64,000 nucleotides of DNA, taken from NCBI GenBank assembly GCA_951406725.2, contig OX597815.1, positions 31,806,001 to 31,870,000 on the forward strand. The letters are read 5' to 3'. The position numbers and the translations under genes were made by a program. Under the pieces are notes generated by a model. The model ran no database searches. It was not told the origin of the DNA and saw only the letters and a program-made list of their open reading frames with translations. The DNA is from Octopus vulgaris. Taxonomy: Eukaryota. Numbering within the stretch: the first letter of the stretch is position 1; the number at the start of each line of letters is the position of its first letter. Of this stretch, positions 1 through 15,164 are shown piece by piece.

Positions 1-398
1 CCCCGAAAATAACTCCCACCTAATCTTGGTTAATTGATAAGTTTGTTGTTGTTGTGTTTATGTTACGAAAGTGCATGAGGAATGAGAGATATGCATACGC
101 ATGTGTTTGTGTGTATGTGTGTGTGTGTATGTGTATGTTTATGCGTGCATATATGTATGCATGAGTATTAGTATATTTGTGTATTGTGACATGGAATATC
201 TGTATATGTGAGTGTACATGTATATCTATATGTATGCATGTTTGTACATGTGTATGTGTGTGAGTATGTATATCTGTATATATACATGTGTATATAGAAG
301 TTTATGTATGTGTTTGTGTATATAAACATGAATGTCTGTACATAAATTTATATATATATAGTGCGTGGCATATGGGTGGAATCAATATATATACACAC

Positions 399-473
<75 letters not shown>

Positions 474-1013
474 TGTATCTGAAATAGAGGTGAGAAAAGA
501 GAGGAGGTGTTACAAGCTTATTTACAACCACTTTCCAAGAATTTTGGATAAACAGACAGCACAGCAGAACTAGCAGAACCAAAATCTCTTTAACACCCCT
601 AACTAAATGATAAGGCAATATAGCCCACTCTACTCCACTTTCATTAAATGCTACCGATACCCACCCTATCATATCTCACCTAATTTTTATGGAGGTGCTA
701 TGGGCTAATGTGGAGTGGCAGAGTGTAGCTTAGTACAGCTGGGGAAAGTGAAAGTAATCTCCTATTTTCTTCATTAGCAATGAGCTGACAACAGGGTAGG
801 CTTTATCTAAAAATTGCGGGATGTATTAGTGGATTACCATGGGTGGAATCAATAGAGGCTTAAGGCATGGGCACACTGGGCAGTTGCCCAGAGCACTCAT
901 GGGTCTAGGGGCCCAATTCTGATGAAGGAAAGCTGTGGCTTTCTGTCAATAAATACAGGGTGAGCCAAAAGACATGCACAAAATCATTTCACTTTTCATT
1001 TATATGACATTTT

Positions 1014-1560
1014 GGGGTTGATTAAAATAGGTACCAGTTGAGTACTGGGGTTGATGTAATCAACTAACCCCACCTTTCCTGAAATTGCTGGATTTGTGCC
1101 AAAATTTGAAATTATTATTATCACCAATATTAAGGTGGTAAGCTGGCAGAGTCATTACTGTATCAGGCAAAATACTCAGCAGCATTTTTTCCGTCTTTAT
1201 GTTCTGAGTTCAAATTCTGCTGAGGTTGACTTTACCTTTCATCTTTTTGGGATCAATAAAATAAGTACCAGTTCAACACTGGGGTCGATGCACCTCAGGA
1301 TGCTGGCCTTGTGGCAAAATTTGAAACCATTATTATTATTAAGGTGGCGAGCTGGCAGAATCATTTGCATGCTGAATGAAATGCTTAGCAGTATTTCACT
1401 CATCACTACATTCTGAGTTCAAATTCCATCGAGGTCAGTTTTACCTTTCATCCTTTTGGGGTCAATAAATTAATTATCACTGAAATACTGGGGTCAATGT
1501 ATTCAACTAATCCCCTCTCCAAAAATTTCGGGCCTCGTACCTATAATAGAAAGAATTATT
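1014..1560 (+). mobile_element. Head-to-tail copies of tRNA-derived SINE family B
   Basis: Repeated aaggtggcgagctggcagaa...gttctgagttcaaattc...gaggtcgactttgcctttcatcc...aagtaccag with (ATT)n tails. Confidence 0.8.
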
Positions 1561-1851
1561 GTGGCATGTAAAAAGCACCATCTAAACATGGCCTATGCCA
1601 GCACTGCCTTGACTGGCTTCTGTGCCGGTGGCATGTAAAAAGCACCAACCGATTGTGGCCACTGCCAGTCTCCCCTGGCACCTGTGCTGGTGGCACATAA
1701 AAAGCACCCACTACACTCATGGAGTGGTTGGCATTAGAAACACTGCCAGATCAGACTGGAGCCTGGTGCAGCCTCCTGGCTTCCCAGACCCTGGTCGATC
1801 CATCCAACCCATGCTAGCATGGAAAATAGTCACTAAATGATGATGATGATG

Positions 1852-1853
<2 letters not shown>
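1561..1853 (+). mobile_element. RTE LINE 3' UTR-derived repeat (family C) with (GAT)n tail
   Basis: gtggcatgtaaaaagcacc subrepeats, then ccatgctagcatggaaa and (GAT)n. Same family is joined to an RTE ORF end at 58441-59045. Confidence 0.7.
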
Positions 1854-1922
<69 letters not shown>

Positions 1923-2438
1923 TTTTGTTCATGTTCAAGTACATATGTATTCATAATCATTTCATCCTACTTAATTCAATTTTAGAAAAGCTGAAGCATG
2001 TTTTTGAGAAGTCCAGAGCATATTGAACTTATTTCGTGCATGACCATTGGGCCCACCCAGTAGATATAACCCATACAGGGTTCAATGCATTGATTTTTCC
2101 TGGGACTTTATAATGCCGGGAAGACAGCCATGGGTGGAACTAGATTTTTTTTTCCCCACCTCGGTTCACAGTTCAACTCACACCCTATCCTGCCCAAAGA
2201 CAATTATGATGATGTTGTTGTTGTTGTTGAAAATGGTGTTATTTAGCCATAGGTTAGCATGGACTGACCTGTGGTCAAAAGTATTGCAGTTGTGACTACC
2301 ACATCTCTCTTCAGATTTAGAGCTATCAAATGTGTCCTTCCCTTTTAAAGTCAGTAGGGTGTGATTTGATGGAGATATGGTTGCTATTTCTTGTAGGTCA
2401 AGCTACTCATACTCACGCATGTTGATATTAATGATATG

Positions 2439-3473
<1,035 letters not shown>

Positions 3474-3697
3474 ACTGATGTTGTTGTTGATAGTGATGAT
3501 GATGATGATGATGATGATGCTATTGTTGATGTCAAGCCTCTGGTTAGCTTAGTCCTGTGACATAAATGTAGACAGCTGAGTAATTAGACAGACTCACACA
3601 GATCTGTTCTTTCCACTTATATGATTATTTAAAGATTTCACTGTCATTTCTGCAGGGCAAGCAACCATGTGGAAAGCCCTTCGCTCAGAAATTGTTA

Positions 3698-3770
3698 TAG
3701 TAGTAGTAGTGGTGGTGTGGGTGGCGGTGGCACGATGGCAGTAGTAGTGGTGGTGGTGGTGGTGGTAGTG

Positions 3771-3826
<56 letters not shown>

Positions 3827-3830
3827 GGTG

Positions 3831-3876
<46 letters not shown>

Positions 3877-3882
3877 CAGTAG
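3698..3882. repeat. (TAG)n/(TGG)n trinucleotide tract
   Basis: Directly visible. Confidence 0.95.
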
Positions 3883-4461
3883 TATTTTTAATAATTTGTC
3901 TGTGTTTCGGATAATCAACCAAATTCTATCTATTGACATCGGTTTGCAATTTCGCTCAGCCAGCTTGCCTCCACATCTACCATCCCGCGTATACCACCAC
4001 CGTTTCCATCATCATCATCATCATCACTGCCACCACCCCGCACTGTTATTGCTGTCATTGTCATTCCAAGTGTGTGTGTGTATGTGTTAATGCAGTTTAT
4101 TTCCTATTAAGACTCCAAATTTTCCTCTCCTTTGCCAATAACATCCATCGCCCCTACACAACCACAATCACAACAGCCATCACCAAGATTAGCACTACTA
4201 TCACCAACACCAATGTCATCACCACAACTGCTGTCAATATCACCATCTTCATCATCATCATCATCTTCGTCACCATCATCATCATCATCATCACCATCAC
4301 CACAGCAGTCATTTCTACCACACCATTACCACCACCAATGGCCCTGCTGACATCTGTTCCCTTTTATTTCCACACTGCATTCCCTTAATGTGTTCCTTAT
4401 CTGACTTCTTGAGGGAACATCCTTTTCCTCTTCAATCATCCTCATCATCATTGACATTCTC

Positions 4462-4492
<31 letters not shown>

Positions 4493-6168
4493 TCATCATC
4501 ATTTATAATATCATCATTTTCATCAACATCAACAGATAAGTCACAAGTGCCCCTATTAATAAGCCTGGGGATGAAAAGTCTCAAGGGAAGGGTTCTTCTA
4601 TATTAAAATACACATATGGTTAGAGCCTTACATATATTATTTAGTGAACTGAAAAAAAACTTAAATTAATTGAGATTATCCATGCAATTAGCAGAGAAAA
4701 ACTCCATATAGGTATTTAAAATCTAAAAATAACTCCAATAAAATTAGCTGATCATATATATATATATATATATATATACTCTTTTACTTGTTTCAGTCAT
4801 GACTGTGGTTATGCTGGAGCACCGCCTTTAGTCGAGCAAATTGATCCCAGGACTTATTCATTGTAAGCCTAGTACTTATTCCATCGGTTTCTTTTGCCAA
4901 ACTGCTAAGTTAGGGGGACATAAACGCACCAGCATTGGTTGTCAAGCGATGTTCGATGTTAGGGGGACAAAAACAGACACACAAACAGTGACATCTCCCT
5001 TCAAACACCTGTGATTCTCTTATCTCATCTCCTCTCATCATCTAGGTTGTGTCCAACAACTTAAGCAAAAACTATGACCAATTATTCCCACCCACCACCA
5101 CCACCACCACCACCATATACACACACTAGATATGGGTGGAGGAAGGGCGATAGAAGATACTTGCTCAAGGTGTCACACACTTGGACTGAACTTGAAACCA
5201 TGTGGCAAAGACAGACTCAGACCGCTAATCATGAAACCCAGTCCTTCTTCCCCCTCACCCTCACTCCACCCTAGACGTTGTATATTCAGCCCTTCATCAA
5301 CCCATATTTTCTCACAGTCACTGACCGAGTCATCATGATTTAATATGAAGTGTTAACATCATTCTCAAAGCTCTCAGAGGGCCTGTAAAGGCCACAGCCA
5401 TATCCCCTTTCTCCAGACGCAGTATCAGTTGGAAGTTTACTAACATACTGCACAGTCTCATGTTCTGTAAAAGTAAAAACTAGTTTTGGTAGCAATGTAG
5501 TTGTTGTTATTGCTGCTCCTGGTGATGGTGATAGTGATGGTGGCGGTGATTGTGGTAGTTAGTAGCTGTATTGTAAATGTTGCTATAGTACTCTCTCCAG
5601 AGTATAGAATATCAGTTCAAGTTTTATAAATAAATAACTACATCTAAACTTGGTACACATTGATTAGCTATACATCAACTCTATAACAATGGCGACTAAC
5701 TAAATCACAATAAGTAAAGAATCTTTAGAAAATATAAAAGCATGATGCTCATTTCAACAGAAGCATGAAAAATGTGCTCCTCTTTTTGTCAGTATTCTTT
5801 GGGGGGAAAAAAAATCTTGTCTGGCATATGACCAATACGGTTTTTGTGCCTAACTACACTTACTTGTTGCATGATAGGTAGTTATCCTATTAACAGTTTG
5901 AAATTCAATAAAATTCCAAGACTAAGAAAGAATCAGCATGATTGAAAAAAAATATATACTATAAAAAAAACTGAAAAAAAATATGGGCAAAAATGATAAA
6001 ATTATAAATCCACTCTGCGATGGCTATATATTTAGTAAAAATTCAAATGTTGATAATGATTTCAATATTTTTCTTTATCAACCTAAACCTATGATGTTTA
6101 CACACAAGTGTGTGTGCTATCTCATATACTTATATATATACACATATCTATATATATATTTATATATA

Positions 6169-6372
6169 CTGTTGTGTCTGGGGAGAGTCATTTTCTTTCT
6201 GTGCCTTATAATGTAAGTCACTCACCAGTAAAATTTTCAAGACTATTGAAAAGGCTGCAAGATGCAACGAAAATTTTAGGAAAATAAAAATAAGAAATAA
6301 GTGGAAATTTTACTGGTGAATGTGTTACATTACAAGGCACAAAAAGAAAATGACTCTCCCCAGACACAACAG
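6169..6372. mobile_element. Foldback element with ~68-bp inverted arms, probably Penelope-like
   Basis: 6169-6237 is the near-exact reverse complement of 6304-6372. The spacer holds a degenerate hammerhead-like tgaaaa-ggctgca-aga-tgcaac-gaaa. Confidence 0.6.
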
Positions 6373-6668
6373 AATATGCTTCAACACACGAACTCATATA
6401 AAGAATCTTGCAAACCAAATCCAAAAACAAAATATTTATATATACATATCTATATATATATTTATACATCATACATATCTATTTATATATATTTATATAT
6501 ATATTTATACACACACATTTATATATATCTGTAAGGTGGTTGGCATTAAGAAAACAGTCAGTGAAGCTTCGGGTAGTCTTCTGGCTTGCCAGCTCCTGTC
6601 TCACCGTTCAACCCATGCCAGCATGGAAAACAGATGTTAAATGATGATGATGATGATGATGACATGTA

Positions 6669-6914
6669 TATTCTTTTATTTCTTTACTTGCTTCAATCAT
6701 TTGATTGCAGCCATGCTGGAGCACAGCCTTGCAGTATTTTTAGTCAAACAAATCGACCCTGGTACTTATTCTATGTAACCATAGTATTTATTCAATCAGT
6801 CTCTTTTGCTGAACCACTGGGTTACAGGGACATAAACACACCAGCATCACTTGTCAAGCAATGGTGGTAGGGACAAACACAGACACATACACAAATACAC
6901 ATACACACACACAC

Positions 6915-6956
<42 letters not shown>

Positions 6957-7625
6957 TAGCAGTATCGCCCGGCGTTGCTCAGGTTTGTAAGGGAAATAAC
7001 TATATAAGCACTTTTAGAGAGTTATAGCAAAAAAATGCATTAAAAATGGAATAAAAAATTATGGTAATTTTTTTTTAAATCGTTGACTCAGTGTCTTCAA
7101 GCCATGAAGTCGTTGTTCTAAAAGAACGCTGGTCTCTTTAACAACGCTTTACGACGTTGATTTCCTTACACTCCCTTCCCCACAGCTTCACGAGGGAGAA
7201 GCAAACAGGTGCAGGTGTGACCATGGACGCCAACTCCGCCGCCATCGACACACGAAAAATTATGCATTAAAATGGAATAAAAAATGATGTTAAATTATTT
7301 TTAAAATCGTAGACTCATCGTAGACGCGCACTAATACTCAGACGGGCTCGATATGAATCACGACTATAAGATACCCGAATTTGGTTAAACTGCACCGCAA
7401 AATGTGGGAGTAGTTGGGAATCTAAATCGAAGGGGACAGACACTTACACAACTACAGTTTTATATATATAGATATATATATATATTTGAGAGGCTTCTTT
7501 CAGTCTCTGTCGACCAATTCCACTCACAAGGCTTTGGTTGGCCTGAGGCTATAATAGAAGATACTTTCTTAAGGTGCCACACAGTGGGACTGAACCCAGA
7601 ACCATGTGGTAGGGAAGCTAATTAT
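6669..7625 (-). mobile_element. SINE family A copy interrupted by a Helitron
   Basis: Tail half 6669-6900 and head half 7490-7625 match the complete copy at 54185-54603. Confidence 0.8.
6956..7472 (-). mobile_element. Non-autonomous Helitron
   Basis: Minus strand A|TCTATATATATAAAACTGTAG ... CCTGAGCAACGCCGGGCGATACTGCTAG|T: 5' TC, 3' CTAG, subterminal GC-rich hairpin, insertion between A and T, no TSD. Confidence 0.85.
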
Positions 7626-7752
7626 TTTAACAACAGTAGACTAACTGTTGTATGTTTTAAGCCCCAAATAGTGACCCACACTACACTGTTATAACCAAAT
7701 ATTTGGAAAAAGTTATGTATTGTACCAATACACATATATAAATATATATATA

Positions 7753-7791
<39 letters not shown>

Positions 7792-8994
7792 ATAGATAGT
7801 CAGACAGACAGACAGACACAGACAGACCAATATAGATATATATGAAGTATATAAAAAAAGGAAAAAAAACTGTAGTTATAGAGAATATTTGATTCATAAT
7901 CCAGGTTGATACAGATCGAATATAAATTCTACAAATTGTTTCGGAGTCTAATTAATTCCAAAGACAAAAACGGAAAACTCTTGAAATAAAAATTAGATTC
8001 TTCGTCAGGAATTACAAAATTGAAGATATTGATAATAGCTTAAAATTCACGACAGACTTCATTCCATCAGGTTAATGGGTTCGATGATGTGATGATAATG
8101 TGTGGATGAAGACTGATATGAACTTGCATGCATACACATACACACACAGTTGCATATACATACAGATATTAAAAAAAACAAAGATATTCAAATGCAAAAA
8201 GCCAAACAAAACAAAATTTAGTTAGAATGAACCAGTTGTATTTTTTTTGGTTTTTTGGGGTTTTTTTTTATGAAAACAAAGTTTCTGGTTGTTCTCATTC
8301 CAATTCTTCATTCCTCTTCTGAAGATATCATCTTTTGTGCAACACTGGAGATGGCACCAGTGGTAGGGAACATCAGTGGTGGGGAGCAACAGTAGTGGCA
8401 ATGGTGGTGGTGGTGGAAGCGAAAATGGCAGTGGTGGCAGCAGCAATTGTGGCAGTGGTGTAGTTGTTGTTGGTGGTGGTTTGCTCAATGATGGTAGTGG
8501 TGGTGGCAATGCTGGAGGGGAGGGTGGAAATGGTGGCAGCAGCAGCAATGGTGATGTTGGTGGTGGTGATGATGATGATGATGATAATGGGCATAGTGTA
8601 GGGGAGTGAAGGTATATAACGCAGGGTGTTGTGTAGCGAGGGTGCAGTGTGGTATGGTATCATGCATTGGATTGAAGTATGTGTGGTATGTGTTTATAAG
8701 AGAGAGAATTTAGAAAATGGTAAATGAAAGAATCAGTTTTGAACTTGGCTTCTTCATGTTTTTTGGAGGGTTCTTTTCTTTTTTTTTTGCCTTTTTTTTC
8801 TTTCTTTTGGCAGATTAGTCTAGCTCTTGTAGGCTATCTTTCATTTGTTTTCAAAAGTCCAAACAAGTTACAGTAACAACAACAACATCAACCAACTACA
8901 ACAACTAACTACAACAACTCCCAAAACACGTTTGACAACATCAGCAACAACATCAACCAGAATAATAACAACAACAACTGCAATAATAATAATG

Positions 8995-9040
<46 letters not shown>

Positions 9041-9524
9041 TAATGATAATAATAATAATAGTATAATTGGAGAAGCTAACAGGATGAAGGGATCTGTTTA
9101 TGTATTATCTCATTTTTTTAGACATGCCATAAAGGATTAAATGATAACACAACCAGCCCCCCCCCTCTTTATCTTTCCATGACCCCCCACCATTACCTCG
9201 CACACCCATACATATAAATCCAGGAAAGATATAAAAAAAACTTATTACATTGTTGTTATCGCTTCTCCCTATCTTTATTACTTTCACACAACTCCCTTCT
9301 TACTGGTTTATTGCCACCAGGCACGAAGCCCTCCCTATATCTTTATGGAAAAAGGGGGTATGATGTTGTTGTAGCATTCATACCTTACTCATTAGATTAA
9401 AATGATATGAAATGACATTTAATAAACACGTCTTACCTTTATGGTTAATTATAATCACTACACAATCCTTCAATTTTATTAAAAATTCATTGTTGTCATT
9501 GGAAAGAGATGAATTGGATAGATT

Positions 9525-10153
9525 TGGTCAAGCGTCAGAACAAATATTGCTAGCTTGTTTGTTCTGAGTTCAAATCCCATGAAAGTCAGTTCTATATTTT
9601 AATTTTCCGGGGATGCTAAAATAAAATAACAGATAATTACTGAGACTGATTTAATCAACTAAACTCTTTCCCCCTAAATTTGTAGCCTTGAGCTTATGTG
9701 GGGCCGATAAATTAAGTACCAGTTACGCACTGGAGTCAATGCAATCGACTTAATCCCTTTGTCTGTCCTTGTTTGTCCTCTCTATGTTTAGCCCCTTGTG
9801 AGCAATAAAGAAATATATTATCATCATTATCATCATCATTATTATAATTACTAAGGTGGTGAGCCGGCAGAATTGTTAGCACACTGGGTAAAATGCTTCA
9901 CGGTATTTCACCCGTCGCTATATTCTGAGTTCAAATTCCACCAAGGTCAACTTTGCTTTTCACCCTTCCAGGGTCAATAAATTAAGTACTAGTGAAACAC
10001 TGGAATCAACTCATCCTTTCCCACTGAGGTCGACTTTGCCTTTCATCCTCTTGGTGGGGGTCAATGAATTAAGTACCAGAGAAGCACTGGGGTCAACATA
10101 ATCAACTAGTCCTCTCCTCCAAAATTTCAGGCTTTGTTCCGTTAGTAGAAAGG

Positions 10154-10197
<44 letters not shown>

Positions 10198-10630
10198 CAT
10201 TATTATTACTATAATTACTAAGGTGGTGAGCTGGCAGAAATGGTTGGCAGTATTTCATGTCTTTATGTTCTGAGTTCAAATCCCACCGAGGTCGACTTTG
10301 TCTTTCATCCTTTCAAGGTCGATAAATTAAGTACCAGTTGCATACAAGGGTCAATCTAATTGACTGGCCCCCTCCTCCGAAATTTTAGGCCTTGTGCCTA
10401 CAGTAGAAAAGATTATCATTATTATTATTATTACTGAAAGGTAATAGTTAGGCAAGCTCTGTAGCACATCAGACAAGAATCTCTTGTTCCAGCTTTTTAC
10501 ATTCTGAGTTCAAATCACATCAAGATCAACTCTTTCTTTCATGCTTTGAGAGTCAATCAAATAGTACCAGACAAGTACAGGGGTGGATAATCAGCTGCTC
10601 TCTCTTCACAAAATATATATAGCTTTGTGC
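9525..10630 (+). mobile_element. Cluster of five or more SINE family B copies/fragments
   Basis: Repeated gttctgagttcaaat and gtcgactttgcctttcatcc...aagtaccag cores separated by (ATT)n. Confidence 0.8.
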
Positions 10631-13600
10631 ATACGATTGTAGTTTTGACACATGGACTGGGTGATGTGTGGTGTTCTTGAGCAAGACACTTCATTTCATA
10701 TTTCTTCAGTCCACTCAGCTGGTAAAAATGAGTAATGCTGCCAGTGACTGGCGACCTGTCCTGGGGCTCAATTTATAAACCACATAATCCTGGAAAACTG
10801 GCCTTATGAATTGACCCCAGTAATTTTTTTTAGCTGAAAAAGACTTTGGTCAGCTCTAAACTACAGTAGAAGACACCTGCCCAATGTGCCATGCAGTGGG
10901 ACTGAACCCAGAACCATGTGGGTGGGAAGCAAGCTTCTTACCACACAGCCACTCCTGTGCCTATAAGTTTGCTTTGTAACTTAAACACGATGTATTATGG
11001 TATATTATCTTGGCACTAAATACTATTTCATGTCTTTGACTGTTTCTCTAGTGGATGAAGGAGGCATAATAGTGGAACAGGGATTAGCAAGGTCATTCTG
11101 GTAGTTTGGATATGAAATCTTTCTTGGAATTTGATGTAAAATTTCTATTGAGGAAGCAACACAATGACATGCACATACACACACACCACATACTAATCCT
11201 TCGCCCTCGTTGCCATAAATAATGACAACAACAACAACAACAAATAGGTGCCACAATTCAAATTTTGACATCTGGTGGCATTGCAGAGCATCCCGAAATC
11301 TTAATTAACAAATTACAGACTGCTATTGCCTTCCTCTGGAGCTTAATCAATACTACAGGGATAATTAAACTCTATCTTGTTCAATGAACTTCCGCACAGT
11401 TTCCGTCCAAAATTCCACTCACAAAACATTAGTCAACCTGAGGCTATAAAAAAGACCCTTGTCCAATGTTCCGCATGGCTGGATCGAACCCAAAATTTAC
11501 ATACTTGCAATGCAAACTTATTAACCGCACACACACATGCACGCGCATACACACACGCACGTGCCTACACACACGCACGCGCATCACATATAGCTATGCT
11601 TACGGCTATAAGTAATGACTAATACAAGAACTAAACATGCAGTGATTACAGAAGATGTTGGTAAGGAAGGGACCGGGGGATGATGGAGAGGCCAGTAGGA
11701 AAACAAAAAAAAAAACCCCAGAAAAATATATGAAAAGATGTACAAGTAAATCAAATTGAAGAAGTAAATGATTGTGATCATGATGAAGATGACGATGACG
11801 ATGATGAAGAAGAAAAAGTAGGAGGAGATGAAAATGGTAAAGAACAGAGAAGAAAAAAATGAAGATGAATGAAGAAGAGAAAGAGGTAGAAAAGTGACAA
11901 TGATAATAATGCAGAAAGAGAAGGAACTAGAAGACTTCACGATGGGAAAAGGTGAAATAACTAAAAGAAAATGAAGGTAGAACAGAATAATAAATACAGT
12001 GAAAGAAGACGAAGAAATTAAATAGAAGATGAAGATGTACTAAATAAATAAATAAAGCCAGCAACTCTTCCCCCGCCTTCTACTGATTCTTTCCTGGTGA
12101 TACAGGGGAACAAGTTGGTGCGGGGGGGGGGGGGGTAGTTGGGATTTTCGTTTGGGTATCTTATCTTAAATCAGTTTACACAGCTTTCTGTTTACTAATT
12201 GTTGTGGCTAATAACAATAAAAAGAAATGGGAAAAAAAATATATAACGTTGCAAAAATGAGCAGACAAGCCAATAGGAATCAATCAGCAATACGGTACCT
12301 ACAGTAAATAAGCATGTTAATGTCTTCTTTTAATCCCTTTAAATCTAATAATATGAATAGACAGCAGCAACAACAACAACAACAACAACAACCACGATAA
12401 TAACAATAATGTAAACAACAACAATAAAAGTAACGCGATGAGATAATAAGGCGATGTATATAGCTATTTATTTAATTATTTAGTTTCGTATTTTGAGTTT
12501 AGAAATGTTTTCTATTTTCGTCTGTTTTACACGTTTTTAATTTAGTTTTTTTTTTCTTCTGTATATGAGTGTTCTTTTTGTTGTTGTTTGTTTTTGTTTT
12601 CTTTGTCATTGCTTCAAGGAAGCTGGATGCTAAGATGATGTTTAATATGTCTCAATGAAGCAGATTAGCATGCCTCAAGCGAGAAAGAGTAAAAAAAAAA
12701 AAAAATGGCAAAGGGCAGTGTTGGGGGAGGTTGTTATTGATGGTAGTGGTGGAAGTGTGTTGAAGATGGGGAGCCGTGGTGTTAATAATAGTGGTGGTGG
12801 TGGTGGTGGTGGTGTCTGTGAATCCAGTTTATTAGATAGGACTGTAAATAATAATAATACTCTTCCATCCATCCCAGCCTCTGCCTTCATCCTCTCTCTT
12901 CTTTTCCTTAACCATCATCATCAGTAACAACAGCAGCAACATTACATTAGCGATTTTCTTTAATATCGCCTGCATCTTTTCGTTCTCCTTTCCTAATTCC
13001 TTACAATCTTGACCATCATCATCATCACTACCACACTAACCACCACCATCACCATCATCCATTTCACTAAGCCATACCGAAAGTTCTAGAACTTTAAAAA
13101 CTATTTGTTATCGGTTTTCACTGCTTTGTCTTGGCTTTTTTCAATGGGTCTGTAGTCTTTGTAACTAACTTTTCTCTTTAAAACGTGTGCCTGAATTGTA
13201 TGTGCACGAATGTGTGTACGTATCTATATTTTATGTCAACCATTTTCTGAACAATATATACCATTGACTTAAGAATTTCCAAAGACCCCATTACTGGTTT
13301 ACTACTTTTCAGTTAGTGAGAGAGACAAACGATGTCTGTACCATTCATTTAAAATTCAATAACACAATGTATTTTTGTTTGACGTACTGGTTTGTAGGTA
13401 ATTCTCTCATTAATGTGCATAGCCATTGTACATATACACTTTCGTTAAGAAGGGCATCTTACTGTTAAAACTATGCCAAAAACTTTATGTACGAGTGAAA
13501 CATCACTCTTGACACATGTAGGAGGTCAGTAACTGTAGTGAAGGCACTTGCCCAAGGTGTCATGCTGTGAAATGTTTGAGAATATATTGGTGCCTAGGAT

Positions 13601-15164
13601 TTCCTACTTGAATTCATTTTTAAATATCATGGCATCACCATTACCATTATCTTTATAATCAATCATCATAATCCTCGTTACACTCTTGTTACCTCCATCA
13701 TCTTCATCATTAATATCGTCATCATCATCGTCATCATCAGCATCATTACCTTCATCATCCTCAGCATCATTATCATCATCATCCTTGCACATCATCTTCA
13801 TCACTAATATCAGCAGCATCATCATCATCATCCTTGCACATCATTATCATCATAATCATCATCACCAACAACATCATCCTCAACAAGTAACTACAAAATA
13901 TGAATATATGTAGAACAAATCGAGATAAACTCAAATGAAATCCTGAAGGAATACACCAAAGGACAAAAAAAAAAAAGAAGAGGAAAAAAGAAAGAAAGAG
14001 AAAATGAGGGTAACAGGGTACCAGACTCTTATCTGGTTTTCTGCATAGTCTTACATCTGTACGAACATTTTTTTGGTAATACAAGAAGTTATAATTTCTG
14101 AAGTATTTAAATTTAAATAAACATGCATTTACTTTTAGTGAGGGTGGTATGTATTAGAAGGGTTTGTGGGATGATAAGATACGGAGAGTTAGCGGAAAAA
14201 TTGCAACTGCATTGCAGAAGGAGTGTAGTAGGAAGGTGGAGGAAGCTGTAAAATAGGGTGATGTGAGGGTGAAGAGTGATATGTGGCTTGGTATGTTGTA
14301 AGTGGTGGTGGAGCAGTAATATGGAGTGTGATGTAGGGTGTAGTAGAAGCATGGGGGAGAGTTGTGTGTGTGTGGGGGATTTTTTATTTATATTGGTTTT
14401 GTTTAGGGTTTTTTTTCTATTTTCTTTATTTTGTTGTTGTTGTTGTTTAGCCCCTGGTAGCCACTCATAAAATAACCTATGCTCAAAGATATTACAACCT
14501 TGAGATGACCATCACAATTTTTTTTTTTAGACATAAGCACTGGAGTGGCTGTGTGGTAAGAAGCTTACTTCCCAACCACATAGTTCTGGGTTCAGTCCCA
14601 CTGCGTGGCACCTTCACATATATATATATATATGTGTGTGTGTGTGATGGGCTTTTTCAGTTTCCATCTACCAAATCCACTCACAAGGCTTAAGTCAGCT
14701 GAAGGCTATAATAGTCCCACTGTGTGCCCGAGGTGCCACACAATGGGACTGAACCCGGAATCATGTGATTGGGAAGCAAGCTTTTTACCACAGAGCCACT
14801 CCTGTATGTACAAAATCAATAAATAAGTCTTTATTTAGATGATACTATCCCCGAAAAAGGTGGGATACTGTGGTAAGGTGTAAGGAGGAATTAGATCAAA
14901 GTTGGTAGTGTTGACAGACGAACCAACTGAAAAAATAGTGAGGTGGTGGTGGTGGTGGTGGAGTGAGGGTGCGGGTGAATTTGGAGGAATTTGACTCTTT
15001 GAAATGTCACCTCAGCAATGTTAGTTAGCATGGTAAAATAGATGAGTGTTTGGACAGGGCGCTTGAAAAAGGAAAGGAGGAAAATAAGGTAGTTTGACAG
15101 ATCAGCATTTTAACATAACCTGTGACTTATTCTCAGTGGCTTACTCTTCAGTTACTAACTGATG

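Larger units (their letters stand above)
956..2060. mobile_element. Tc1/mariner-type MITE expanded by nested SINE/LINE-tail insertions
   Basis: TA|CAGGGTGAGCCAAAAG left end and TTGGGCCCACCCAG|TA right end. 1921-2060 aligns with 23798-23937 of the compact copy. Confidence 0.7.

Noticed and set aside
8009-8070. Possible upstream FREM exon (NYKIEDIDNSLKFTTDFIPS)
   Set aside because: Weak donor (gttaat), short pyrimidine tract, phase-2 start and only superficial CSPG similarity.
8222-8667. Pro-rich and Gly-rich ORFs
   Set aside because: Degenerate (GGT)/(GCA) trinucleotide tract with no splice support.
13313-13413. Hairpin ttagtgagagag/ttctctcattaa with inner short helices
   Set aside because: Only one 12-bp helix of low complexity, below the standard used for the reported hairpins.
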